From NCBI GenBank assembly GCA_035712665.1, contig DASTAN010000151.1, positions 1 to 51,064 on the forward strand: DNA of 51,064 nucleotides, written 5' to 3'. Numbering within the stretch: position 1 is the first letter of the stretch; every line of letters begins with the position of its first letter. This DNA is from Gemmatimonadales bacterium. Its GTDB lineage: Bacteria > Gemmatimonadota > Gemmatimonadetes > Gemmatimonadales > GWC2-71-9. This document shows positions 1 through 7,156 of the stretch, in pieces. Under the pieces are notes generated by a model. The model was not told the DNA's origin and did no database searches. It saw only the letters and a list, made by a program, of their open reading frames with translations. The translations under genes and the position numbers were made by a program.

Positions 1-2
1 GG

Positions 3-152
3 TGGGTCTTCGAGACGCGCTTCACCCTGCCGCTCGTCCCGATGAGCGCGCTCGCCCTCGGCCTCGCGGCGCTGACGACCGTGGTCGGGCTGTGGAGTTC
101 GCAGGATGTACTGGACAGACCACCACTGGAAGTGCTGAGTCGCGAAGGGTGA
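3..152 (+). CDS. C-terminal fragment of an FtsX/MacB-like ABC transporter permease (gene starts upstream of window)
   Basis: Frame open from window edge to TGA 150-152 reads WVFETRFTLPLVPMSALALGLAALTTVVGLWSSQDVLDRPPLEVLSREG: a last TM helix plus a ...PPLEVL(R/S)xE tail typical of FtsX-family permeases. Absent from the ORF track because it has no start codon in the window. Confidence 0.45.
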   Translation, partial: WVFETRFTLPLVPMSALALGLAALTTVVGLWSSQDVLDRPPLEVLSREG

Positions 153-234
153 GGAGTGAGGGGCAAGGGGGCCACCCCCCACCCCCCTCACCCCTCACCC
201 CTCACCCCTCACCTTTTCACCATTCACCGTTCAC
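147..234. repeat. Heptamer-array hairpin R1
   Basis: GGGTGAGGAGTGAGGGG (147-164) faces CCCCTCA x4 (184-213), followed by a TTCACC(A/G) tract to 234. The unit length is 7 nt. Confidence 0.85.
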
Positions 235-251
235 TCTCCGGAGGTCCCGCC

Positions 252-2750
252 TTGCTTCAATCCCGTTCTGCTGCCGCCCTTGTCGCGGCCCTGCTCTCCC
301 TCGGCGCCTGTGCGAAGGGTGCCAAGCCCGCGCCGACGCCGGCGCCTGCCGCGGGCGGTGCCGCAAACGGCGCGGCGCGCCCTGCCGGGGCCCCGGGCGC
401 CGGTGGTGCCGCCGCCGCCCGCACCGGCCCGAAGGCCTACAAGGACGTGATCACCGACAAGGCGAAGTCGGATGAGGGGGCGATCACGATCCACCAGGTC
501 GGCGACAAGTGGTACTACGAGATCCCGCGCGCGATGCTGGGCCGCGAGTTCCTCGTCGTCTCGCGCATCGCCAAGACCGCCGGCGGCCTCGGCTACGGCG
601 GCGAGGAGAACAACACCGACGTCGTGCGGTTCGAGCGCGTCGGCGACAAGGTCTACCTGCGGCAGGTGTCGTACAGCACGGTGGCCGATTCGACCAAGCC
701 GATCGCGCAGGCGGTGAAGAACTCGAACTTCGAGCCGATCGTCTTCGGCTTCGACGTGCAGGCGTACGGCAAGGACTCGAGCGCCGTCGTCGAGGTCGGG
801 CCGCTGCTCACCACCGACGTCGCGATGCTTGGCCTCCCGGCCGGCGCGAAGACGCAGTACCAGGTCCGCCGCCTCGATCCGGCGCGCACCTTCATCTCGG
901 CGATCCGCTCGTACCCGCGGAATGTCGAGCATCGCGTCGTGATGACGTACGACGCCGGGCGCCCGCCGTCGAACGCCTCGACCGGCTCGATCTCGCTCGA
1001 GATGAACCACTCGATGCTGCTGCTCCCGGAGACGCCGATGATGGCGCGCCTCTATGACGAGCGCGTCGGCTACTTCGGGCTCTCGCAGACCGACTACGGC
1101 CGCGAGGAGCAGCGCACGATCGCCCGGCGCTACATCTCGCGCTGGCGCCTCGAGCCGAAGGACACCGCCGCCTTCCTCCGCGGCGAGCTCGTCGAGCCGG
1201 TGAAGCCGATCATCTACTACATCGACCCGGCGACGCCCGAGAAGTGGCGTCCGTACCTGATCCAGGGCGTGAACGACTGGCAGAAGGCGTTCGAGGCCGC
1301 CGGCTTCAAGAACGCCATCATCGGCAAGCTGCCGCCGACGCCCGAGGAGGATCCGGAGTTCTCGACCGAGGACGCGCGCTACAGCGTGATCCGCTACTTC
1401 GCGTCGGACATCGAGAACGCGTACGGGCCGAGCATCACCGACCCGCGCTCGGGCGAGATCCTCGAGTCGCACATCGGCTGGTATCACAACGTGATGAACC
1501 TGCTCCGGAACTGGTACCTGGTGCAGACCGCCGCGATCAACCCGAAGGCGCGCGGCGTGCAGTTCGATGACGCGGTGATGGGCGAGCTCATCCGCTTCGT
1601 CTCGGCGCACGAGGTCGGCCACACCCTCGGCCTGCCGCACAACATGAAGGCGTCGTCGTCCTATCCGGTCGACTCGCTCCGGAGCCCGACCTTCACGAAG
1701 ACGATGGGCACCGCGCCGTCGATCATGGACTACGCGCGCTTCAACTACGTCGCGCAGCCGGGCGATGGCGACGTCGGCCTGATGCCGCAGGTCGGGCCGT
1801 ACGACAAGTACAGCATCATGTGGGGCTACCGCCCGATCCTCGACGCGAAGACCCCGGACGACGAGAAGCCGACGCTCGACAAGTGGATCCGCGACCGCGC
1901 CGGCGACCCGATGTACCGCTTCGGCGACCCGTCGGGGACCGACCCGGGCTCGCAGACCGAGGACCTCGGCGATGACGGCGTCAAGGCGAGCAGCTACGGC
2001 ATCGCGAACCTGAAGCGCATCATGCCGAAGCTCCTCGAGTACAGCTACGAGCCGCGCGCCGACTTCGCGCAGCTGCGCGAGATGTACGGCCAGGTCGCGG
2101 GACAGTGGAACCGCTACATGGGCCACGTCCTCACGATCGTCGGCGGCATCGACTGGACCCGCAAGAACACCGACCAGCCGGGTGCGGCCTACACCGCGAT
2201 CCCGCGCGAGCGGCAGAAGGCGGCGGTCGCGTTCCTCACCGAGCAGGCGCTCCAGACGCCGGCCTGGATGATGGAGGCGCCGATCCTCGAGCGCATCGGC
2301 GTGCAGGGCTCGACCGAGCGCGTGAAGGGCTTCATGGTGAGCGTCCTCAACCGGCTCCTCGACCCGTCGCGGATGGCGCGCCTGGCCGAGCTGTCGGCGG
2401 TGGCCGACGGCGGGTACCCGCTGCCCGAGTACCTGGCCGACGTGCGGAACGGGGTCTGGACCGAGCTCGGCAACGGCCGCAACCCGGACCTCTACCGTCG
2501 GGCGCTGCAGCGCGCGTGGGTCGAGCGGATGGAGTACCTGATGACCGAGGAGCTGCCGCCGATCCCGGCGCAGTTCGCCGGCCGCATCGCCCCGAACCCC
2601 GACGTGTCGCTGAGCGACATCCGGCCGCTCGCGCGTCGCGAGCTGGAGACGGTGCGGGCGCGCCTCCGCACCGCGGGCGGCGACGCGGTGACCCGCGCGC
2701 ACTACGCGGATCTCGTGGCCCGGATCACGCAGGTGCTGGAGCCGAAGTGA
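252..2750 (+). CDS. Secreted/lipoprotein zinc-dependent metalloprotease (DUF4953/DUF5117-type)
   Basis: ORF 156-2750. Contains the HEVGHTLGLPHN zinc motif. I prefer in-frame TTG 252, preceded by GGAGG (240-244), giving the signal peptide MLQSRSAAALVAALLSLGAC. The residues encoded by 156-251 are just translated heptamer repeat (PHPSPLTPH). Confidence 0.85.
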   Translation: MLQSRSAAALVAALLSLGACAKGAKPAPTPAPAAGGAANGAARPAGAPGAGGAAAARTGPKAYKDVITDKAKSDEGAITIHQVGDKWYYEIPRAMLGREFLVVSRIAKTAGGLGYGGEENNTDVVRFERVGDKVYLRQVSYSTVADSTKPIAQAVKNSNFEPIVFGFDVQAYGKDSSAVVEVGPLLTTDVAMLGLPAGAKTQYQVRRLDPARTFISAIRSYPRNVEHRVVMTYDAGRPPSNASTGSISLEMNHSMLLLPETPMMARLYDERVGYFGLSQTDYGREEQRTIARRYISRWRLEPKDTAAFLRGELVEPVKPIIYYIDPATPEKWRPYLIQGVNDWQKAFEAAGFKNAIIGKLPPTPEEDPEFSTEDARYSVIRYFASDIENAYGPSITDPRSGEILESHIGWYHNVMNLLRNWYLVQTAAINPKARGVQFDDAVMGELIRFVSAHEVGHTLGLPHNMKASSSYPVDSLRSPTFTKTMGTAPSIMDYARFNYVAQPGDGDVGLMPQVGPYDKYSIMWGYRPILDAKTPDDEKPTLDKWIRDRAGDPMYRFGDPSGTDPGSQTEDLGDDGVKASSYGIANLKRIMPKLLEYSYEPRADFAQLREMYGQVAGQWNRYMGHVLTIVGGIDWTRKNTDQPGAAYTAIPRERQKAAVAFLTEQALQTPAWMMEAPILERIGVQGSTERVKGFMVSVLNRLLDPSRMARLAELSAVADGGYPLPEYLADVRNGVWTELGNGRNPDLYRRALQRAWVERMEYLMTEELPPIPAQFAGRIAPNPDVSLSDIRPLARRELETVRARLRTAGGDAVTRAHYADLVARITQVLEPK

Positions 2751-2754
2751 CGTA

Positions 2755-2892
2755 GGGGCCGCAGGCCGTAAGCCGCAGGCCTCAGGGGAGTGAACAGTGA
2801 ACGGTGAATGGTGAACGGGACTCCTGTTCACCGTTCACCGTTCACCGTTTACCGCCCCGCCCCCCTCACCCCTCTCCCCTCACCCCTCACCT
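2755..2892. repeat. Heptamer-array hairpin R2
   Basis: GCCGCAG/GCCGTAA units run 2755-2786. GTGAACA GTGAACG GTGAATG GTGAACG (2790-2818) faces TGTTCAC CGTTCAC CGTTCAC CGTTTAC (2825-2852), followed by a CCCCTCA tract to 2892. It lies between the metalloprotease stop and the fabI start. Confidence 0.9.
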
Positions 2893-2930
2893 GCCTATCT
2901 TTTCGGCCAGACTTCAACCGAGGGCAGGCC

Positions 2931-3842
2931 ATGCTGGGCATCGATCTCCGGGGCAAGCGGGCGTTCGTGGCGGGTGTCGCCGACGATGGCGGGTTCGGCT
3001 TCGCGATCGCCAAGGCGCTGGCCGAGGCGGGGGCGACGGTCTGCGTCGGGACCTGGCCGCCGGCGATGGGGATCTTCGAGAACCTCCTCGAGCGCGGCAA
3101 GATCGCCGACTCGCTCAAGTTCGCCGACGGGAGCTCGATGGCGTTCGAGCGCGTCTACCCGCTCGATGCGGCCTTCGACACCCTCGAGGATGCCCCGGCC
3201 GAGATCCGCGAGAACAAGCGCTACCGCGAGCGCGGCGACTTCTCGATCGCCGGCGTAGCAGAGCGGCTCCGGGCCGATTTCGGTGACCAGCCGCTCGACA
3301 TCCTGGTGCACTCGCTCGCCAACGGCCCCGAGGTGAAGAAGCCGCTGCTCGAGACCTCGCGGCGCGGCTATCTCGAGGCCGTCTCGGTGTCAGCCTACTC
3401 GAACGTCGCGCTGCTGCGCACGCTCGGGCCGATGATGCGCCCGGGCGGGGTGGTGCTGTCGCTGACCTACATGGCCGGCGAGCGGGTGATTCCGGGCTAC
3501 GGTGGCGGGATGTCGAGCGCGAAGGCGGCGCTCGAGGCGGATACGCGCACGTTGGCCTACGAGGCGGGGCGGAAGTGGGGCATCCGCGTGAACACCATCT
3601 CGGCGGGACCGTACGCCTCGCGCGCGGCGAGCGCCATCGGCTTCATCGACACGATGATCCGCTACTGCAAGACCAACAGTCCGCTCACGCGCGACTTCGA
3701 GGCGACCGACGTCGGCCACACGGCGGCGTTCCTCGCTTCGCCGCTGGCCGCGGCGATCACCGGCAGCACGGTGTACGTCGACAACGGCTACCACGCGATG
3801 GGGATGGCGGTCGAGCCTCCCGCGCCGCCGGCGGCCGAGTGA
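2931..3842 (+). CDS. fabI: Enoyl-[acyl-carrier-protein] reductase (NADH), FabI
   Basis: Within ORF 2808-3842. The N-terminus from ATG 2931 is [35 protein letters not shown] (SDR glycine-rich fold). Also has ...[26 protein letters not shown] and ...RVNTISAGP, typical of FabI. Confidence 0.88.
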   Translation: MLGIDLRGKRAFVAGVADDGGFGFAIAKALAEAGATVCVGTWPPAMGIFENLLERGKIADSLKFADGSSMAFERVYPLDAAFDTLEDAPAEIRENKRYRERGDFSIAGVAERLRADFGDQPLDILVHSLANGPEVKKPLLETSRRGYLEAVSVSAYSNVALLRTLGPMMRPGGVVLSLTYMAGERVIPGYGGGMSSAKAALEADTRTLAYEAGRKWGIRVNTISAGPYASRAASAIGFIDTMIRYCKTNSPLTRDFEATDVGHTAAFLASPLAAAITGSTVYVDNGYHAMGMAVEPPAPPAAE

Positions 3843-4207
3843 CGGCGCGGCTCGCGGCCACGCTCGGCGCGCTCTTCGGGGGGCTCGCGGTGGCGCTCGG
3901 CGCGTTCGGCGCGCACGCGCTCCGCGCACGGCTCGAGGCACGCGACCTCGAGATCTTCGAGACCGCGGTGCGCTACCAGATGTATCACGCGCTGGCGCTG
4001 TTCGCGGCCGCGTGGCTCCTCGACCGGGGCATCGCGCAGGCGAGCGGGGCGGCGTGGGGGTTCACGATCGGCACGCTGATCTTCTCGGGATCGCTCTACC
4101 TGATGGTCGCCACCGGGATGCGCTGGCTGGGGGCCGTCACCCCGATCGGCGGCGTCGCGATGATCGTCGGGTGGTGCATCCTCGTGGTCGCAGCGCGGCG
4201 GCTGTAG
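3839..4207 (+). CDS. DUF423 (YgdD-like) small inner-membrane protein
   Basis: GTG 3839 overlaps the fabI TGA (GTGA). The 122-aa product has four hydrophobic helices (LGAFGAHAL..., YQMYHALAL...), the DUF423 signature. The upstream part of ORF 3575-4207 overlaps fabI out of frame. Confidence 0.75.
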   Translation: MTARLAATLGALFGGLAVALGAFGAHALRARLEARDLEIFETAVRYQMYHALALFAAAWLLDRGIAQASGAAWGFTIGTLIFSGSLYLMVATGMRWLGAVTPIGGVAMIVGWCILVVAARRL

Positions 4208-4214
4208 CCGCTGC

Positions 4215-4297
4215 GGAGATCGGCGATCGGCGATCCGAGATCGGAGGTCCCGTGTCGCCTGTCCCCTCTGATCTCCGATCTCTGATCTCGGATCTCC
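4215..4297. repeat. Heptamer-array hairpin R3
   Basis: GGAGATCGGCGATCGGCGATCCGAGATCGGAG (4215-4246) faces CTCTGATCTCCGATCTCTGATCTCGGATCTCC (4266-4297). Confidence 0.9.
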
Positions 4298-4412
4298 TCT
4301 GGCACGACTTCCCATCCTCCAGTCGATCCCATCGGTTCCGTCCGCGGCCCCCTGTCGTCTGGGCTGCACCGCGTGCTGCCACGGACCGTTCGACATCTCC
4401 CCGGGCGAGGCG

Positions 4413-4880
4413 ATGCTGGTCCACGCGGCCGTGGCCGCGTTGACGCCGACGGTGCGTGAGGGTGTGCGCGATCGGGCGGGGACGCAGCTCGAGGCGATGC
4501 GCGCGCGGCTGCCCGATTGGGGGGCGCCCTGGGACGTGGCGGCGCTCGACGAGGCGACCTTCGACGATCTCGTCGCTGCCTTGGCGGGAGCGCCCTGCCC
4601 TGCGCTGGACCCTGCGAGCGGGGCCTGCCTGATCCACGAGTCGCGACCGAGCACCTGTCGCTTGATGGGGATGTCGGTCGTCACGGTCGACGGCGGGGTC
4701 CTCGAGAACGCTTGCCCGATCCAGGACGCGTTCCCGGGCTATGCCGAGCTGCCGCCGGTGGCGTTTGACCTGGAGGCCATGGAGGAGGCGCTGGAGGAGC
4801 AGGATGCGGCCGCGCACGCGGAGGGGTGGGTCATGACGACGATCGCGGGTGCCGTAGCGGCGGAGATCCGAGATCAGTGA
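4413..4880 (+). CDS. YkgJ/UPF0153-family cysteine-cluster protein (start uncertain, probably upstream)
   Basis: Contains ...CPALDPASGACLIHESRPSTCRLMG..., typical of the CxxCxxCC family. The N-terminal cluster CRLGCTACCHGPF is encoded in frame at 4353-4391, upstream of the first ATG. No ATG/GTG/TTG occurs after the in-frame stop at 4269-4271; the only candidate is CTG 4299. Confidence 0.7.
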   Translation: MLVHAAVAALTPTVREGVRDRAGTQLEAMRARLPDWGAPWDVAALDEATFDDLVAALAGAPCPALDPASGACLIHESRPSTCRLMGMSVVTVDGGVLENACPIQDAFPGYAELPPVAFDLEAMEEALEEQDAAAHAEGWVMTTIAGAVAAEIRDQ

Positions 4881-4987
4881 TCTGAGATCGGAGCGTAAGG
4901 GACAAGGGACCTGGGACAAGCGACAACCGTCATCCCGAGCAACGCGAGGGATCGCGGGATGCCGAACACTCCGATCTCGGATCTCCG
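4862..4987. repeat. Heptamer-array inverted repeat R4 with internal GGGACAA-type units and a REP-like core
   Basis: GGAGATCCGAGATCAGTGATCTGAGATCGGAG (4862-4893) faces CTCCGATCTCGGATCTCCG (4969-4987). The spacer carries TAAGGGA CAAGGGA CCTGGGA units and GTCATCCCGAGCAACGCGAGGGATC. The left arm encodes the last residues of the YkgJ-like gene. Confidence 0.85.
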
Positions 4988-5005
4988 CTCTCACTTCTCC
5001 AAACA

Positions 5006-5034
5006 GAAACGGCTCCCTCATCGGGAGCCGTTTC
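5006..5034 (-). terminator. Rho-independent terminator downstream of the PEP-CTERM gene (bidirectional hairpin)
   Basis: Perfect 12-bp stem GAAACGGCTCCC / GGGAGCCGTTTC with a 5-nt loop. On the minus strand it is followed by TGTTTGG. It lies 22 nt after the stop at 5057. Confidence 0.7.
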
Positions 5035-5056
5035 GATTGTCAGGCAACGGGCCTGC

Positions 5057-5857
5057 TCAGACTGCGTTCTTCTTCCGGCGACGCGAGGCGGCAAGGCCAA
5101 CCAGGCCAGTCGCCAGCAGCGTCATCGTGGCCGGCTCGGGGACGACTTCGTTCGGGTCGCCCGGATCGTCGCCCTCGCCGCAGGCCCAGCCACTGGTGGC
5201 GTCATTCAGACCCACCGACTGATCGGAGTAGCAGAGGTACCCGGTGGACAGACCCTCCGGCCCCGCCTGCTGATGGAGCTGGAGCGAGATCGCTTGGGCA
5301 TTCAGCGGCGCGAACGACCCGCCGACATACCACATGAACTGCGCGTATCCACCGCTGGTGATGTTGATCCACGGGGTGGTGAACCCGCCCGGGCAGCTCG
5401 TCTCGAGATCGCTGCAGAAGGCGTCGCCCTGACCGGTGGTCCGGAAGCCGTCGCCGGTGTTGGGGCCGGGGATGTCAGTGTCGGGCGCCCAGTCGATCTC
5501 GTTGCCGCCGAGAAGCGCCTGCCAGCCGTTGCCGACCGCGGTGCCACGCGAGCCGCCAGCCGCACCGACGCCGCCGAGAGCGATCGCCGTGGTGGACGAG
5601 TTGGCGAAGGTGCCGTCGAAGCCCGCCCGGTTCCAGTAGCGCAGCTCCATCCACCCGTTGCTGTACCGGAACAGCGAGGCCGAGGCGCAGGTGCTGAAGG
5701 TCGCGCTGAATCCGGTCCCGGACTGCGAACAGACATTCGTCCAGGTCAGGTTGTAGCTGGAGAGCGAATTATCGAAGGCGGAGGGCGCCGACTGCGCCTG
5801 CACCGGAGCGGCCCCGAGGACCACCGCGCCAACCACTGCACCAAGAACACGCTTCAT
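5057..5857 (-). CDS. PEP-CTERM sorting-domain secreted protein
   Basis: N-terminal signal peptide MKRVLGAVVGAVVLGAAPVQAQ. The C-terminus VPEPATMTLLATGLVGLAASRRRKKNAV shows the PEP motif, a TM helix and a basic tail. Confidence 0.85.
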   Translation of the reverse strand: MKRVLGAVVGAVVLGAAPVQAQSAPSAFDNSLSSYNLTWTNVCSQSGTGFSATFSTCASASLFRYSNGWMELRYWNRAGFDGTFANSSTTAIALGGVGAAGGSRGTAVGNGWQALLGGNEIDWAPDTDIPGPNTGDGFRTTGQGDAFCSDLETSCPGGFTTPWINITSGGYAQFMWYVGGSFAPLNAQAISLQLHQQAGPEGLSTGYLCYSDQSVGLNDATSGWACGEGDDPGDPNEVVPEPATMTLLATGLVGLAASRRRKKNAV

Positions 5858-5908
5858 AACGCCGCTCCATCGCGACTAGGGGATGTACCGCAGGATGCTT
5901 AATCACAC

Positions 5909-5924
5909 AGCAGGCCGCGTGCCA
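5909..5924 (-). promoter_or_regulatory. Candidate sigma-54 (-24/-12) promoter for the PEP-CTERM gene
   Basis: The minus strand reads TGGCACGCGGCCTGCT versus the consensus TGGCACG-N4-TTGCW, with only one mismatch (T to C at the first T of TTGC). It lies about 50 nt upstream of ATG 5857. Confidence 0.5.
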
Positions 5925-6080
5925 CCGAAATGACCTCGTTAAGCCATTGCCAGACAACGACTTGCCAAACGTCATCACCCGGGTGTGCCGACAATTATCG
6001 CGACCCAGCCACACGAAGTGATGCGACCTTGCAACACATTTAGCGACCGGTCAACCGTTGCCTCGCTGCGACACCCTCGG

Positions 6081-6170
6081 GTCTCCGATCGCCGATCGCC
6101 CCGCTCCCCACGAAAAAGGGGCCCCCACCCGGGAGCCCCTCTCACCACTCACGACTGCCGACTCACCACT
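6081..6170. repeat. Short heptamer tracts R5 flanking the cox terminator
   Basis: GTCTCCGATCGCCGATCGCC (6081-6100) and CTCACCA CTCACGA CTGCCGA CTCACCA (6141-6168). The latter overlaps the ctaF stop. Confidence 0.6.
6113..6140 (-). terminator. Rho-independent terminator of the cta (cytochrome oxidase) operon
   Basis: The minus strand reads AGGGGCTCCC-GGGT-GGGGGCCCCT followed by TTTTT. This is a 10-bp stem (one G-U pair) with a 4-nt loop, about 23 nt after the ctaF stop. Confidence 0.8.
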
Positions 6171-6525
6171 GGCCGGACGGCCACCACAGCCCGCGGTTGT
6201 ACGCGAACAGCACGATCATCGCCATGATCACGATCGCGGCGATCACCAGGCTGAAGGCGAACAGCCAGCTCAGCAGCTTCATGTCGAACTTCAGGTGCAT
6301 GTAGAACATCGCCACGAACCAGAACTTGAAGGCCGAGAGGAGCAGCAGGATCTCGACGAACCACGGCCCGATGCTGGTCGCCATCGACCCGAAGCTCTCC
6401 TTCATCGTCCCGAAGCACGCCTCGTAGAGGAGCACTTCGAGCGCGGTGAGGGCGAAGAGCACCACCGCCACCTGGATGTACTTGCCGGCGTTCGACTCGC
6501 CGTGCGCGTCAGCGTGTGCAGCCAT
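6163..6525 (-). CDS. ctaF: Cytochrome c oxidase subunit IV (caa3/Bacillus-type, CtaF)
   Basis: 120 aa with three TM helices. The N-terminus MAAHADAHGESNAGKYIQVAVVLFALTALEVLLYE is typical of prokaryotic COX4. It is the last gene of the ctaCDEF order. Confidence 0.8.
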   Translation of the reverse strand: MAAHADAHGESNAGKYIQVAVVLFALTALEVLLYEACFGTMKESFGSMATSIGPWFVEILLLLSAFKFWFVAMFYMHLKFDMKLLSWLFAFSLVIAAIVIMAMIVLFAYNRGLWWPSGQW

Positions 6526-6528
6526 CGG

Positions 6529-7143
6529 TCAGCGCCCCAGGCTCATGAGGTAGACGACGGGGAAGATGATGATCCAGACCACGTCCACGAAGTGCCAGTA
6601 GAGCGCGGCGATCTCGAGGTTGAGCGCCTTCTTCGGCGGCAGGTCGCCCTTGATCGCATCCTTCAGCACCGTCGCGAGCCAGAGCGTGCCCAGCGCGACG
6701 TGGGTGCCGTGGAAGCCGGTCAGGGTGTAGAACGCCGAGCCGAAGAGGTTGGTCGAGTACCCCAGCCCCTTGTGGTAGAAGTGCCAGAACTCGTAGACCT
6801 GCATCCCGGCGAAGAAGAGGCCGCAGAGCACCGTGAGCGAGAGCCAGGTGAGCAGCTTCTTCCGGTTCCCCTGCTGCGCCCCGTCCAGCGCCATCACGAC
6901 GAAGAACGACGAGAAGAGGAGCACCGCGGTGCCGCCCGTGACGAGCGGCACCTCGAAGATGTCCTTCGGCCCCGGCCCCGTCCCCGTGCTGTCCCGATAG
7001 ACCATGAAGGTCGAGATCAGCGTCGCGAAGAAGAGGCACTCGGACGCGATGAACGTCCAGATGGCCAGCTTGCGGTTGTCGATCGGCAGCGACGTGTGGT
7101 GCGCGTGCGCGTCGTGCCCGTGGTCCAGCGCGGCGGTCGTCAT
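6529..7143 (-). CDS. ctaE: Cytochrome c oxidase subunit III
   Basis: 204 aa with heme-copper oxidase subunit III features: ...FFATLISTF..., ...FYTLTGFHGTHVALG..., ...ALYWHFVDVVWIIIFPVVYL. Confidence 0.92.
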   Translation of the reverse strand: MTTAALDHGHDAHAHHTSLPIDNRKLAIWTFIASECLFFATLISTFMVYRDSTGTGPGPKDIFEVPLVTGGTAVLLFSSFFVVMALDGAQQGNRKKLLTWLSLTVLCGLFFAGMQVYEFWHFYHKGLGYSTNLFGSAFYTLTGFHGTHVALGTLWLATVLKDAIKGDLPPKKALNLEIAALYWHFVDVVWIIIFPVVYLMSLGR

Positions 7144-7156
7144 CGTGGCCGCCTCC

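Noticed and set aside
231-2831. 866-aa ORF antisense to the metalloprotease. Similar very long ORFs are 7004-9136 (+), 7140-8618 (-), 24724-28284 (+, 1186 aa), 28858-31989 (+, 1043 aa), 45268-47970 (-, 900 aa), 48260-50206 (-), 19779-21371 (-), 36946-37218 (+) and others.
   Set aside because: They lie opposite to, or out of frame with, genes that carry unmistakable family motifs. Their translations are Arg/Ala/Gly/Pro/Asp-rich low-complexity strings with no motifs. Stop-free shadow frames are expected in DNA this GC-rich.
4925-4960. GTCATCCCGAGCAACGCGAGGGATCGCGGG, reminiscent of widespread REP-like 'catcc(c/t)gagcg...gggat' elements
   Set aside because: There is a single copy in this window, embedded in heptamer region R4. 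Without genome-wide counts I cannot call it a distinct repeat family.
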